Source: Balanoglossus misakiensis (lineage: Eukaryota > Animalia > Hemichordata). From it: a stretch of DNA of 64,000 nt. This document shows positions 1 to 13,524 of the stretch, one piece after another (within the stretch, counting starts at the first letter, position 1; each line of letters opens with the position of its first letter). Location of the stretch: NCBI GenBank assembly GCA_040954595.2, contig CM082588.2:11297398-11361397 (forward strand). Reading direction: 5' to 3'. A program made the translations under genes and the position numbers. The notes under the pieces are model-generated. The model was not told the DNA's origin. It searched no databases and saw nothing but the letters and a program-made list of their open reading frames with translations.

Positions 1-96
1 CCATACATACTACATACACACATACAGAGGCAACTGACTGGTCAGAAGGCATGAGCAAAAATGCAGGAAATCAATGTTGTGACACTGGTAGTAGGC

Positions 97-1941
97 CTTA
101 ATGTATACAATATCAAGACAGTTTATTTAACATGAAGTTTGATATGTTCATAATCATTCAGAGCTAAGCATATTTTGAAATTGTAAAATTAATATCAATC
201 ACATGAAAACTGACAGCATGCTTTCATTTGGGAATTTAGGTATTGTAATTAACACTAACAGTCATGAAACTATTGAATCGTCAATAAAATCATACAGTAG
301 AAATTAATGGGTTTTCTATTTATATGCGATGTGAAAATGCAACTTGTGGTCCTTCGGCCAGTAAGAGGCATCAGATAATATTGTAAGACCCAGTTGCCCA
401 ATTGATTAGACCTACATGTATGCGCTGTGTGAAGCGCAAGTTATGGCAACTGAATTCACAGGACACTGAAGAAAGTGGAATCACTCAAGGTACATATGTA
501 TACATGTAGGCTAACAATCACAACACAGAGAATAGTTCTCCATATTCATTTTTAATACGATAAGATTCACTGAATTGGCGCATCCATGGGCAGGCAAGGT
601 TAGTTCCAACTCAGTTTGCAAATCAGGCCCATGTATCTTGTTCCCTGAGACTGTCTGCTTCTAATAATAGCTGTAAGAACATAATCGTTGACCGAATGGT
701 TGGTTCAATTTTGCGACATTTTATGATTTCAAGCTGTGCAATATTTGCAACTCAGTTTCAACTTTGGTTGGAGGGATGATGATGAAGCAATTTCACTGAC
801 AAAATAGCACTACTAACTGACGTCAATATTTGTTCAAAGTTAAATGCATTGCCATCAGAAAAATGTATACGAAAAGTTTCGTATGTGAATAATAACACTT
901 TTTCGCATAACTGCAAACCCTGTCACAGTTGTGAAATTCTAAGAAAATTCATTCATTAGGTAGAATTCGTGCTTTATGAATTCTTAAACAAACTTAGTCA
1001 TGAAACCTAAATGGTTACCTTACACATGTGGAGGCTCGACTTCTGTGATATGATAGTCTTTAATTAATGTGTATGTGATTCCATACAAATCCATATGATT
1101 ACCTGAACATACAAAATAAATTAAAAATAAATACATAAATTAAAAATAAATAAGTATCTCATACATATGCATAAGTGCTTGTGAGAAATATATCATATAT
1201 CTAAATAAACCTGTCATTTATTGACCTCATTTTCCCAGTAAACCAAAGGACTAAATTGCACTTTAATATTACAGCTTCATTTCAATGCAACAGGTACACT
1301 ACATCATAAGGGAACAAATATGCCAGCTCAACATTTATATAAACAGTGTCAAAATATAAGTGGCTACAAAAGCTTGTGTCCCTTCAATCCATTCTCCCAC
1401 TCAGGTCAAACGTGTTACATATTAAAATTGCAATGTGCATAATATACAATTAGTCTTTTGTAAATTCAGACTGAGAAAATATGACTGATAAACATTATCT
1501 GGCACATGTTGGTGAATGGCTGGCGTTGATGTTGTGGGTTGAAATCCGAACTATGATTATCGCGGGTACAAATCACATTTATTTTCTCAGAGACAACACG
1601 TTTGCAACTTCGGGACAGAAAGGTGAAAACGAACGTCATTAGTTCTTGGGAAAAAACTCTGAAATCAATTTCATTGAGGTCAAATGTGTTCCAAAGGCAA
1701 ACCGTTTCTGGTAAACAAATCAATGGCAAATAGTTACTTCGGCGACTTACCAATCAATCAACATGGCTGCCAAATCGTTGGATATCCCGGTTTCATCTCG
1801 CGATCATTCTATCTTCCGATATGGCGTTGCTTGGTTAAATTCGTCTCTTCTTTGCCGACATAGTCGGGCGACAGCGGTCGAGAAGCATATACAGCGACGC
1901 CATCTTGTTTACAATGTGAAGTATCAACTGCGCATGCTCAA
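97..1941 (+). repeat. Left arm of ~1.8 kb inverted repeat A (dispersed repeat module)
   Basis: Reverse complement of 8260-9906, e.g. gtatcaactgcgcatgctcaa (1921) vs ttgagcatgcgcagtcgatac (8260). The outer ~900 bp recurs at ~15940-16760 (+) and ~57480-59100 (-). Boundaries approximate. Confidence 0.9.
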
Positions 1942-2415
1942 TGGTTGTTGATTGGAAAGTGGGCAGAGCCTGCAAGATCCAGGGTTCGCTTGACCGGCCA
2001 AACGCGGTTATTCTCCCTGGACCAAATCATTTAAGCGTCAGGCGTAATACATCACATAATTGACTGGAAAACTAAACAGTCTTCCACCTATATATCAACA
2101 CAGTTTATTAAACCAGCACCCGCGCAAATATTCACAAGTATATGATTAAAATTGATGAAATCATTAATCGCACGGTTACAGCTGTCATAGTTTCTAATAA
2201 TATTATTCACTGGTAGCGCTGACATACCATGTTGAAACTTGTCGCGGAAAACAAGATAATTGATCTTACGGTGTCATTTGTTTTTAAAAAGTGCTTAATA
2301 ACTATTGATCCCATTGATATATTTTTTCCATATTTATATATTTTTCGCAAATTTTGACTGCTTGGGCTACTAATAGCATGGTGATCACAATGGATTTACC
2401 ACCTCCCAGCTGCCT

Positions 2416-2422
2416 TATAAAA
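2416..2422 (+). promoter_or_regulatory. TATA box of small secreted pentraxin-like gene
   Basis: TATAAAA about 60 bp upstream of the ATG (2475) of a signal-peptide exon. Confidence 0.45.
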
Positions 2423-2474
2423 GAATGCCTATTCTGTGGACACTAGCCTCATCGAAGACCGAACGTGTTCATCG

Positions 2475-4660
2475 ATGTTTCCATTCATGACGAACTCCAA
2501 TGCAGGCGTCGCAGTCATTCTGGCTTTCACGCTGTGGGCACCTCTGGTGACAGCAATTCCCAACAAGTTGCGGGTAAGTAATCACACAACCTATATGAGT
2601 GAAAGTTTCTTGTCATTTTCGCAACGTCAAGGTTGATATTCTCTTCTTGGATCGAAAATGTGTGACACAACAAATGAATCTGCGTGGCAGGGTCGGCTGT
2701 GTCTTTTGCTTCGAGGCATAGTCGTCAGACACACATCCCTAACACGCGAAGCCAGCTTATCCTTTGATCAAATGGCAGCGCTATTCTAAATATTTTACAG
2801 CATGCCCTAAAGGACAAACACGTGCCGCTGGAAGAGGCCAACACTCAGCAGAGACGGCAAGATGTTAACGGAGGTGAGCCCCAACAATAAATTAATATTG
2901 TTCCTTTTATTTAGAAAACGCCGCATAATTAGCCAACCAATCATGGTTATGAGAAACCTCCAAAATACAATGTATCGATATTTACTGCATCTGTTCATAC
3001 TTCGCCCGCGCTTTAAAAACCCTATAGCTGCTAAAATTGGCATATTTTTTTCCAGAGTAAAATACTTCATATGTATATTCCCTATTCCCTAAAATCTTCA
3101 CCCGTGACCATTGAGCCATATTACTTGCATTTGCATTGGTTTGTCATAACCTGGCGTCGCATTTCACGATAGCTGCTTAGCTGCTATTGTTTGTATGAAG
3201 GCTGATTAAATCGGTGAGGCACCGTTTTAATACATAGCATGTTCCAATTGCAACATGCAGTCACAATCGGGCATCGATAAGATGTTTATGTATACCTATC
3301 AGTAAGCTTATTTTGATGAACCAATTTAAGTTGGAAAATAAAATCATGAAAATAATGCTAAAAGTGGCAGCTTTGGAGGCTTTAAACTACAGTTCTCCCA
3401 AATTGTCTTGACTAAATGACATACATGTGGTCAAAAGTTCTGACTGCAGAAGAGGTTGCAGCTGTGGCGGGGGACTGTTCAATTGGAGGAAATATATTTA
3501 CATGGAATAAAGACAATATTGAAATGGCAGCAGAAATAGTTCCTACTGAAAAGAATGCTATCTGCAGTGAGTATCACAACTTTAAAATGAAAGATTTTGC
3601 AAATTTAAAAAAAATATTGAGTGTTTTGACATGCGTCAGTGGTCAGTAACACACAAGCTGCATGATAAGAGGGTCACGAGAAATTGTAAGCCGCAATGTA
3701 TAATGGATTAACTCCATGACCTATGCGACCTACGAACTGTGACGTACAGAATTTATTTCTACGTGTAATGCGGTCTGCGGCAGTGAGCCACAGACCGCAT
3801 TGCGAGAGCAGTGAGAATTCACCACAATGCAAACTTTCTGAACGTAGGTTGATCTTCGAATGAAATATTACCTTGTCACCAGTTTTCCACATGGCTACAC
3901 TGTAAAATTGGGTGACGTGTTCGTTCACAAGTGGAATAATTGTGAGTAGTAAAGCACGCGAAGTTAAGCAACGAGCACGTTTTGAAATGCGCGCAGATGA
4001 TCCCAGTTTAGCAAATTCAGGCCATTGCGTGCATGCAAAATAAAATAATACTGTACCGGGGGTGAGCCTACTTTCTTTCCATACAGATACACGTATATGT
4101 TGGTTAAGGTATGTGACAAACAGTTTTCATGTAACAGCCAGTGATGCTGACCATAAAACCAGCGCAGCTGATGCTTTCATCTACAATTTGCAACATGGAC
4201 GTTTGTGTCTCTGCATGTGTCGTGCATGTTACTGCTGAACAAAAAAGATATGCGGGCACCACAGGCTGGCGAAAGCGGTGCTCACGTGCTCTGCAAGCTG
4301 ATGTTGTCACTAAATTGGCAAAGTATTGTACACATGGAGGAGTTTCTTGAGCTGTCTGTTGTATAAATGTCGGTTGTGAGTACATTATTTTTTATTTTAT
4401 TTTAATAATTTTCAAAGCCCCTATGATTGAAGCATATTATTACGACTCATCCGTTCATCATTCATTCATTCATTCATTCATTCATTCATTCATTCATTCA
4501 TTCATTCATTCATTCATTCATCCATTCAGTCAGTCACTGTACCAATTGAAGACGCCCTTGTATAGGAGAATTTAGCTATGTACTGACTGTCTTTTCATTT
4601 TTTCTTCATCCTATAGAATCTACCGACCTGGTCGCTGTCAATAACAATTCAACTCCTTAA
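2475..4660 (+). pseudogene. Disrupted short secreted pentraxin (CRP/SAP-like) gene: signal-peptide exon 2475-2573, pentraxin C-terminal fragment ~3419-3566, last exon 4617-4660
   Basis: Exon 1 reads MFPFMTNSNAGVAVILAFTLWAPLVTA-IPNKLR then gtaagt. The fragment YMWSKVLTAEEVAAVAGDCSIGGNIFTW..C then gtgagt fits the pentraxin C-terminal motif (mW..vLs.eEI...C...GN...W). A phase-1 join leads to ctatag/AA TCT..CCT TAA. Most of the pentraxin domain is missing; the fragment has no acceptor and has an upstream stop. Confidence 0.6.
4460..4527 (+). repeat. (CATT)n microsatellite
   Basis: Direct reading. Confidence 0.95.
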
Positions 4661-7029
4661 ACATCCTGTGTGTGTGAAGTCTATGAACACTGGCCATGCA
4701 TTTCAATTCAAGGACAAAATGAATGCGCAATATTTCGTTTTATCGAGAGTAATGTGCAGTGATTAAATTTGCTAGGGCTCTCTTAGCAGATTTGGAGTTA
4801 GTCATTTTGGTAGAAACTTTTCGAGATGGGAAATCTTTGGTCATCTAACCAAGTTATTTGTATTTTTGTTATATAAGACAGAGTCATTTCTATATCATAG
4901 ATGCAAGTTTAATTTATAACATGAATTTGAATAAAATATTTTTTTTAAATATCACCACATGAATTTGAATAAAATATTTTTTTTAAATATCACCAGATTG
5001 AAATCTTTGGAAGTTTGCACTTAGAGGGATGGCATGGCAGTTTTCCACTGTTCATATTACAAAGAATTTGGCGTCACGTGTAGATTTCATGAGTGTTCGA
5101 GTTTTGCTCTTCCCAGCCTTGTACCCACAATCCTCTGATACTTACACTTACGTCAGTTCTATAGCCGCTGACCCACTAGATTCTCCTTATGAATTGCCCA
5201 AATTATTTTTTGGTATAGTTTTGATAGTTAGTGCACGGAAACTTTTGATCGATTCACGAAATTCAAAATATGTTACATCACAAACCTCATAAAAAGGAGG
5301 CTAGAGTAGCCTGTTTGTTTTCAGGTAATTTTACAATTACCTCAATTACCTTTTTTCGAGGGAGGGGGTTAAGAAAACATACAGATTGAAATAACAAGGA
5401 AGTGGTATATCAAACCGAAACCTTATCTCAATCGTGATTCTAGAGTGTTTCCATGTCATGTGACATCCACAAAAATGTGGTATTATCTTGAAAAGAGTCC
5501 CGATTTCCCAAACTGGTTTTGCGAATGTACTTCACTTTGGAGCAATGCATGAGTACATTCGTAGAAAGATATTGCTCCACTATTTACTGACACTCCTCTT
5601 GTACTGCAAATATTACTGCATTCTGTCAGGGCAAGACAAAAGACACAGCAGAACTGCCAGAATTAAAACAGACAACTGGCAATTTCAATAAAACATGTAA
5701 TAACAAATATATGTAACATTGAATGAGGTGTCCATACAGCTTGGTCATTTAAAGACCTCCAGTCATTGTGACAATGCATAAATATTTATGTACACCATAT
5801 TAAAAATTAGTTCAGGCATACCTTATACATGTATGTTTTTGACTGACCATATCCTCAGCACGCCCTTTTTTTCAAAAAGACTATCATTATTCTCTGCCAG
5901 GCAGAGAGTTGCCGCTTTCTTGTTAACAATAATATACTATTATAACATTGCATAGATTCCTGTTTGTTTCTGTCCATATCTCACAAACTGTGGTGTGCAT
6001 ACTGTTGAAATGACCTCAAGAAGAAAATGCCAAATGGAAAAATATTTGACATACTAACCTGTATGATAATGTTATACGGTACAATATATTTAACAGTTCC
6101 AATCCAATGTTGAGAACTAACAAAACAATTTGAGCAGAATTCATTTAAAATTAATTGCAGTTCCGTTTCACCGCATTTCATAGGATGCTGGCTAAAATTC
6201 ATACTATGGTGGATTACCTGTTATGCATTTCTTTCCCTATTTCGTCTGGCAGATTTGAGTTTGACAAGCTGTCATTTTCCTTTCAGCTCCGCAAAATTGA
6301 TGGATTTACTTTGACAGCACACAGACTGTCCATTTGTCATCGGAGATACAAGCAGCATCAGTTGCTGAACAGCTTGCAGCAGTGTTGGAAAAGAGTACAC
6401 AACACTAACTTGCAAGAGTGCTTTGGCCCTTTCTTCACACTGTCCGAAACTTGTTGTGTTACATCATTGCTTAATGAATAAGAAATACACAGGTATTTAG
6501 CGTTCTATTCAATACCTACAATAGATAAAAGGGTGTCGGTCTGTATGCGACAATCTTCAATGTTCTTATGAGCACAAGGCTTTATTCAGGGAACGTTTTA
6601 CAGTAAGAATTATATGATATAAACTGAATAAGTTTGTTGTCTGTCAACTCTTCTGTCTTTGTCTTACCGATACGGTTCTAACCGCAAACACTGAGGCTTC
6701 TCTGCTCGTACACAGTATAAATCAATGGATGATAAAATGCGCCCTCTTTTGGTGAACTCTTCGTACCGCCCGACCTTCTACCTTACATTAAGGCATGTAG
6801 GGCGGTCAGGTAGATGGCAGTGTATTGCAAGCGTCTCTTGCATATTTTTTTCCGCCAGGAATGGCATACATTCGTTTTTGGCGACACCACAACTGCTGGA
6901 ACTTCTCGAAAAATAGAGAGCCGGATTTCATAAATGCTCATGTTTTCCGAAGGGCTGAAAGAAGATCCAGAGTGGAATATTTAAATTTGCCTGTGGCAGA
7001 CATCATAGTGGCTGCCAGTTATTCTATTT

Positions 7030-7195
7030 CTTGTGCAAGAGATAGTATCTTGTTCCAGCGAGATGTTTTCTCGTGTGCACGAGAAACATGCTATCTCGTG
7101 CATATCTCGTGCGCACGAGAAAATTGCGAGCGCACTCGTGTTCACGACGAAAATATCACATGCACACGTAAGTCGTGCGCACGAGATAAAAAAAT
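7030..7195. repeat. Cluster of short palindromic tcgtgcgcacga-type subrepeats, probable MITE remnant
   Basis: ctcgtgtgcacgaga, ctcgtgcgcacgaga, ctcgtgttcacga and gtcgtgcgcacgaga occur within ~160 bp. Confidence 0.55.
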
Positions 7196-8259
7196 GTGCC
7201 CTGTAGTCTTTCTTAGGACATGGTAGCGTGACGTCGCATTGTAATTAACGGACGATCTTGGAAATTCGGCTATTAATGGTGAATGGACTTTCGCCTCCTT
7301 CGAACAACAACAGAGACTGACGTCGCAACAATGACAGAAAAAGTGAAGCAAATGGCCGACAAAACGAAGAGAATCGGAAAACGGGCAGGATCCTCGGCAC
7401 AGACATCTGGGAATAATACCACCACATCAAATAGAACGACGAGTAGTGCAGGACAAACCGCCACCAGTGACTATGACAACAAGTCTGAAGGCGATGCTGG
7501 CGAACCCTTGCACAATACAACTACAGTCCTACAGAGAAATGCAGCCCAGCGCCACTCAAGATTTTCCATTCCTGGTCTGGCAGCAGCCAAAATATGTTGT
7601 TGTTTTTTCTCTTAGAAGCGACCTCAGTCTGAGCTGCATGAGAATAAACTGTAGGTTGGGAATACAACAAAAAAACACGCAGTCGCTGCGGTCAACACGT
7701 AGCTATTAGTTTCGGTTTTATGTTCGCTACAGCTCGGAAACCAAAATGTGGTACAACTTCAAGCTACATAAACTGGAAAGCATAGTACGTGCAGAGCAGA
7801 CCATGGTGACGAAAGCAGGTATTCTAGGTCGTAAGATAAAAACACGGCGCTAGAAAAACAGTCATCAAAAGTTGCACGTGTTCCCCGGCCAAAAATAATG
7901 TAATTGTTGGCGCACAGAAAGTCCAGTCGATAAACGTTTACGCTATAGAAACTCACTCTCTCAGCAAAAGTCTGACACCCTCGTCAATGACAAAACGCAA
8001 ACCGAGCTGGGTATGATCAAGTCAAACATAGGGCCAATCCCCACTCTGTGTTTTATTATTTTCCACATACGATGGTTCTAAATAAAAATGTACCTATTTG
8101 AAATGCTTACCGAGGTAAGATCATTGAAAGTTTTCAAACGTTGATGACAAATGTATAACTGATTTTTTACAAATGAATAATCGCGCACTTGCATGTTATT
8201 TTCTCTATACCAGACACCGCGCGCGCGCCGTTGGCAAAAAAAAAAAACGCGGAAAATTA

Positions 8260-9906
8260 TTGAGCATGCGCAGTCGATACTTCACAATGTAAACAAGATG
8301 GAGTCGCTGCCTATGCTTCTCGACCGCTGTCGCCTGACTATGTCGGCAAAGAAGAGACGAATTTAACCATGCAACGCCATATCGGAAGACAGAATGATCG
8401 CGAGATGAAACCAGGCTATCCAACGATTAGGCAGCCATGTTGACTGATTGGTATGTCGCCGAAGTAATTATTTGCCATTGATTTGTTTACCAGAAACGGT
8501 TTGCCTTTGGAACACATTTGGCCTCACCGAAATTGATTTCAGAGGTTTTTTCCCAAAAACTAATGACGTTCGTTTTCACCTGAGTGCGAGGATGGATTGA
8601 AGGGACACAAGCTTTTGTAGCCACCAATATTTTGACACTCTTTATATCAATGTTGAGCTGGCATATTTGCTCCAATATGATGTAGTGTACCTGTTGCATT
8701 GAAATGAAGCTGTAATAATATTACAGTGCAATCTAGTCCTTTGGGTTAATAGGAAAACGAGGTCAATAAATGACAGGTTTATTTAAATACAGGATATATT
8801 TATCACAAGCACTTATGCATATGTATGAGATACTTATTAATTTTTAATTTATTTTTTATTTTTTATTTATTTTGTACGTTCAGGTAATCATATGGATTTG
8901 TATGGAATCACATACACATTAATTGAAGACTATCATATCACAGAAGTCGAGCCGCCAGATGTGTAAGGTAACCATTTAGGTTTCATGACTAAGTTTGTTT
9001 AAGAATTCATAAAGCTACCCAATGAATGAATTTCCTTAAAATTTCACAAATGTGACAGAGTTTGCAGTTGTGCAAGAAAGTGTGTATTATTCACATAAGA
9101 ATTTTTTCGTATGCATTTTTCTGATGGCAATGCATTTGACTGTAAACAAATATGGATGTCAGTTAGTAGTGCTATTTTGTCAGTGAAATGGCTTCATCAT
9201 CATCCCTCCAACCAAAGTTGAAACAGAGTTGCAAATATTGCACAGCTTGAAATCATAAAATGTTGCAAAATTGAACCAACCCTTTGGTCAACGATTATGT
9301 TCTTACAGCTATTATTAGAACCAGACAGTCTCAGGGAACAAGAGACATGGGCCTGATTTGCAAGTTGAGTTAGAACTGCCTTTGCCTGCCCACGGACGCC
9401 CCAATTTCAGCAAAAATTATTGCATTAAAATATGAGTATGGAGAACTATGCTCTGTGTTTCTTTTGTTAGCTTACATAGCTGTTGTCATTCTAGTTTTTC
9501 CTTCGTCCTGTGAGCAGAGTTTCAGTTGCGAAAACCGACAGTTCTCAAAGTACAAAAGTACACCTAAATTGCCTCGGTGATGAGCATGCAGAATTTATCT
9601 GATGCTTCTTACTGGCAGAAGGACCCCACCAGTTGCAGATTGTGAATTCCATGGCACAAGGGAATTTACGCTTTGCGTTCAAATATAAATAATTAAATCC
9701 TGTAAAATTATTCTATATGTTATTTATTGATGATTCAAAAGTGTTATGACTGATTGTGTTAGAGTACCTGTATTCCATATAAGCATGCTGTCAGTGCACA
9801 TCCGATTGATAACAATTTCACATTTTTAAAAATTTGCTTCTCTGAATAATTATGAATACATAAAACTTCATATGATATAAATTGTCCTGATATCGTAAAC
9901 ATTAAA
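8260..9906 (-). repeat. Right arm of inverted repeat A
   Basis: Reverse complement of 97-1941, lacking about 1395-1615 of the left arm. Near-identical spurious ORFs at 1763-1951(+) and 8205-8423(-) reflect this. Confidence 0.9.
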
Positions 9907-10411
9907 CCCCGATGCGTGGTATAAAAGACCCCCCAAATCAGTGGCGAATCTTAATGCCGTTTGACTGACAACAGACAACACCAACGATCTTGGCTCTAAT
10001 GATCTTGGCTCTATGAAAATCGGCCCAAACAGATCCAAGCATAAAGAATTACACCACACAATGACAGTGGTTGGCTTTATAAACACACACAACATAAAGT
10101 TATCGATGAAAAAGTACACGAGCTTTTGAAACAACGATGATTTTGGGAGAAATCTGGTTTCAGTGCTTTTCAGAAGCATCCCTGGGAAACAATAACCACG
10201 CCATTCAAACAGCTGTCAATCGCATAGAGGTGTAAAGTGTTCAATTATTTTCTATGTACATGAGATCAATTACACAGTTATTATGCACGATGACCACTCC
10301 CAAATAAACAACTGTACAAACACACGTTAATCCGAACCCCAGTACTTTCCGCTCCGGGGTTTAAGGCCTAATGCTAGTGTCACAACATTGATTACCAGAC
10401 CGTTTCCCTCT

Positions 10412-10472
10412 GTATGTATGTATGTATGTATGTATGTATGTATGTATGTATGTATGTATGTATGTATGTATG
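10412..10472 (+). repeat. (TATG)n microsatellite
   Basis: Direct reading; explains the MYVC/HTYI ORFs. Confidence 0.95.
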
Positions 10473-11544
10473 CAGCCATGTATGCATGTGTTTGTGTGTG
10501 TGTGTACATGTGTGTATGCATGTTACATGTATATATGGATGTATGTCTGCCCTGATCCAAAACATGAAACCATGCTTTTTTTATTTTGGTGTGTAGATGG
10601 GATTTTGCTGAAATGAAGTTGTCAATGCAAAAATACGCAAATAACCTGTGAAATATGTGGAATTGATCAAAACTCAACAACTGGTTAGACTGCTTTGAAC
10701 ATTTGTATGCATGTAGGTAATGTCATCATACCTGATATACTTTGAGTTTATATCGTGAATTGTCTATTTTTTATGCAATTATTTTGTCTTGTTTTACCAT
10801 TTGAAAAAAAATCTTTTCCTCTTAAAGAGATTGGCTGATTTCTTTAGAATTTAGTATGACACTTCCGGTAGGTGATCTTAGTTGGTTTTGTTTAAATTGT
10901 CGCAGAATTTGTAATCTGTCATTTTTGGTCAAAATTCATTTTCTGAGAAACTCCTTAGATTGCTTTTAAATTTTGGTATGCTTGTTCCAAGAGGTAACCC
11001 AAGTAATGTTGTATATCATTTTGGTGAAATTTACATATTGTGGTCTTGGGGCAATTTTTGCAATTTGTATTCTTTGAAACTACTAGTCAGATTGCTTTCA
11101 AGTTTGGTAGGCGTGGTGATTGAAGTAGATATTATACAATTTGTTGATAGTTGGATAGATGTGGTTTGAGGCAGTTTTTGTCATTGTTGAATGTTGTTTT
11201 CCCTAAAATACTTGTCTGGTTCCTTTGAAATGTTCTTACAGTAGGTCATATCTGCTTGCCAATGTCACATGATTTTTCCCATGAACACAGACATACCTAA
11301 TTTTGTGTAATCCCCAGATGGGACCACAGTGTGTAATAACCTGACCAACAGTGACTAGTATATCCTGTGTGTTATACAGTACTTCTCACAAGGTTGAAGT
11401 ACATGTAGACTGTTGATGATTTTTTGCGATTCTTCAGAAACTTACAATACAGAGTCTAATGTGGTAACGTCCATGGTCACATTAGTCCTGTTTCAAAATG
11501 ACCTACATTACACGTCCTATACACATGTATTGCATGTTTTGATT

Positions 11545-12930
11545 GGTTTATCCGCTTCTCTTAGGTCCACTTGCGGCACGCTGATTGGAGGGACCTTGTA
11601 GGTTAGGTCTTATTATTATGTATTATTCACTAGACCTTGTAGGTTAGGTCTTATTACTATGCATTTTTCGCTTTACAGCTCCCTGATTGGTTAACGTGTC
11701 AGTCTGGTCCCCCATGTGTTCACTGCCTCATAATACAGGACCTTGTAGGTTAGGTCATATTAATATGTATTTATTCACCATACAGCTCCCTGATTGGTTA
11801 ACGTGTCAGTCTGGTCTCCCAGTGTTCACTGCCTCATTGTGAAATGTCCCATGTGCTTCCTGGCTAGCGTTGTGGTAACACATTATTCGGGATGTCCGCA
11901 GGTCATTCATTAATTTTCTGAGAAATAGCCTGACTGATACTATCTCCAACATAAACCGCACCCTGGAAAGATTAAAATTTTTAGATGGACTTCGAAAATC
12001 TGATTAACACATCTAAGCATTTTTGCTAACAGTTGTATATTTTCTTAAATCACCCTCCTACTTCTCATCATCAATATTATTATTGTTGTTTTACTATTTT
12101 AAAGTAAATTTGTTTTGACGTAGATGTTGTGAAAAGGAGTACGTTGTCCGTTTATACATTCGTATATTGTTTTCATAAAAATGGAACTATGACGGTGCAG
12201 CTTCGTGAAAGAAGTACAATAAAAGTAATCATACCTGTAAAGCAACTAATGAGGTATCCCAATTAAAGAAATGCAATGCTATTCTAAACAGTTCTATTGT
12301 AAGATATTTTTGGTTTGCTCGAATGAATAGCACACACTTCGTATTCAGCCAGGTGTTACACGAAGTGATGCGCTGAAAAGCATTACGTAACAAAACACTA
12401 GCCCATTTCAACAAACCGCCACTGGAAATAAAATAAAAAAAATCTCCTGGCAATTTTTATTTCGAGTATCTAGTTCACAGTATCACAAAAAAATGCCATG
12501 AATAGTGAAGGAAAGGTTAAATCCAATCATTATATGAGTGCCTTTCTTTATACACTGGGATCGAGCTTCGACAACGCGCAGGCAGCATGCCAGACAGAAT
12601 ACGACAACTGTATTCAGAAAGTACAAAAGACTTTGCATAACGAGGCAGTGAAAATTGGAGACCTACACATTAACCAATCAGGGAGCTGAAAATTGAATAA
12701 ATGCATGTTAATAAGACCTAACCTACAAGGTCCTGCATAATGAGGCAGTGAACACTGGAGGACCAGACCTACACATTAACCAATCAGGGAGCTGTAAAGT
12801 GAATAATACATAGTAATAAGACCTAACCTACAAGGTCTAGTGAATAATACATAATAATAAGACCTAACACATAAGGTCCCTCCAATCACCGTGCCTCAAG
12901 TGGACCTAAGAATACCAGATGGACCAATCA
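11545..12930. mobile_element. Foldback-like non-autonomous element with ~290 bp TIRs built from tandem subrepeats
   Basis: 11545-11840 is the reverse complement of 12637-12930. Each arm repeats gaccttgtaggttaggtc and cagctccctgattggttaa. No TSD identified. Confidence 0.7.
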
Positions 12931-13524
12931 CAGATGTCGGTACATATGTCATGGACCTGACTTATGAAACATGACTATTCAGAACTACCTAGTCTATGCC
13001 CGGCAGTGTTCTGTCCGCTTTGCTTCCAAAACTAATGTCTGGCCTCACTCATGCCACTTGCCCAATAAACTAATACCCCTTGCTGGGAATTATGATGTAA
13101 CTAGCGTCGCTTTGAAGCCTATCACATTCCTGAACAGTGTTGATTTGGTGTAAGATTATAGTGAAGGCAGGGCTTATTACATTGAAAATGCTACCCAACC
13201 TTAATTACACGTATGTATATCCTTTGTCTAATCATTGGAAAAACAATGTACATGTACCAAAGACTAAGTAGCTATTTGAAGGTGAATCGCAAGTGGGCAC
13301 TTTCATTACTTAACCTCAAGCAGTCGGTTAGCTACCGTATACTAAGACAAACATTCCTGGTGTAATTAACATCACTGTCATTAGTAATATCTATCTCCAA
13401 TCAGTATCAGTTCTGCCTTTATGTTATTTTAAGTCAATTGTCAAGGTTCATGTACATATATTACAGCTTAACTGTCTTGTCAAAAACTTACGCATGTACA
13501 TGTACCTAATTCTAGGCTTACCTG

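Noticed and set aside
1763-1951. Duplicated small ORF (also 8205-8423) as a conserved peptide
   Set aside because: The similarity is explained by the inverted repeat; the starts and ends differ and there is no coding signature
7283-7615. 110 aa S/T-rich ORF
   Set aside because: Low complexity, no recognisable domain or supporting exons; it could be a transposon 5' remnant but I cannot support that
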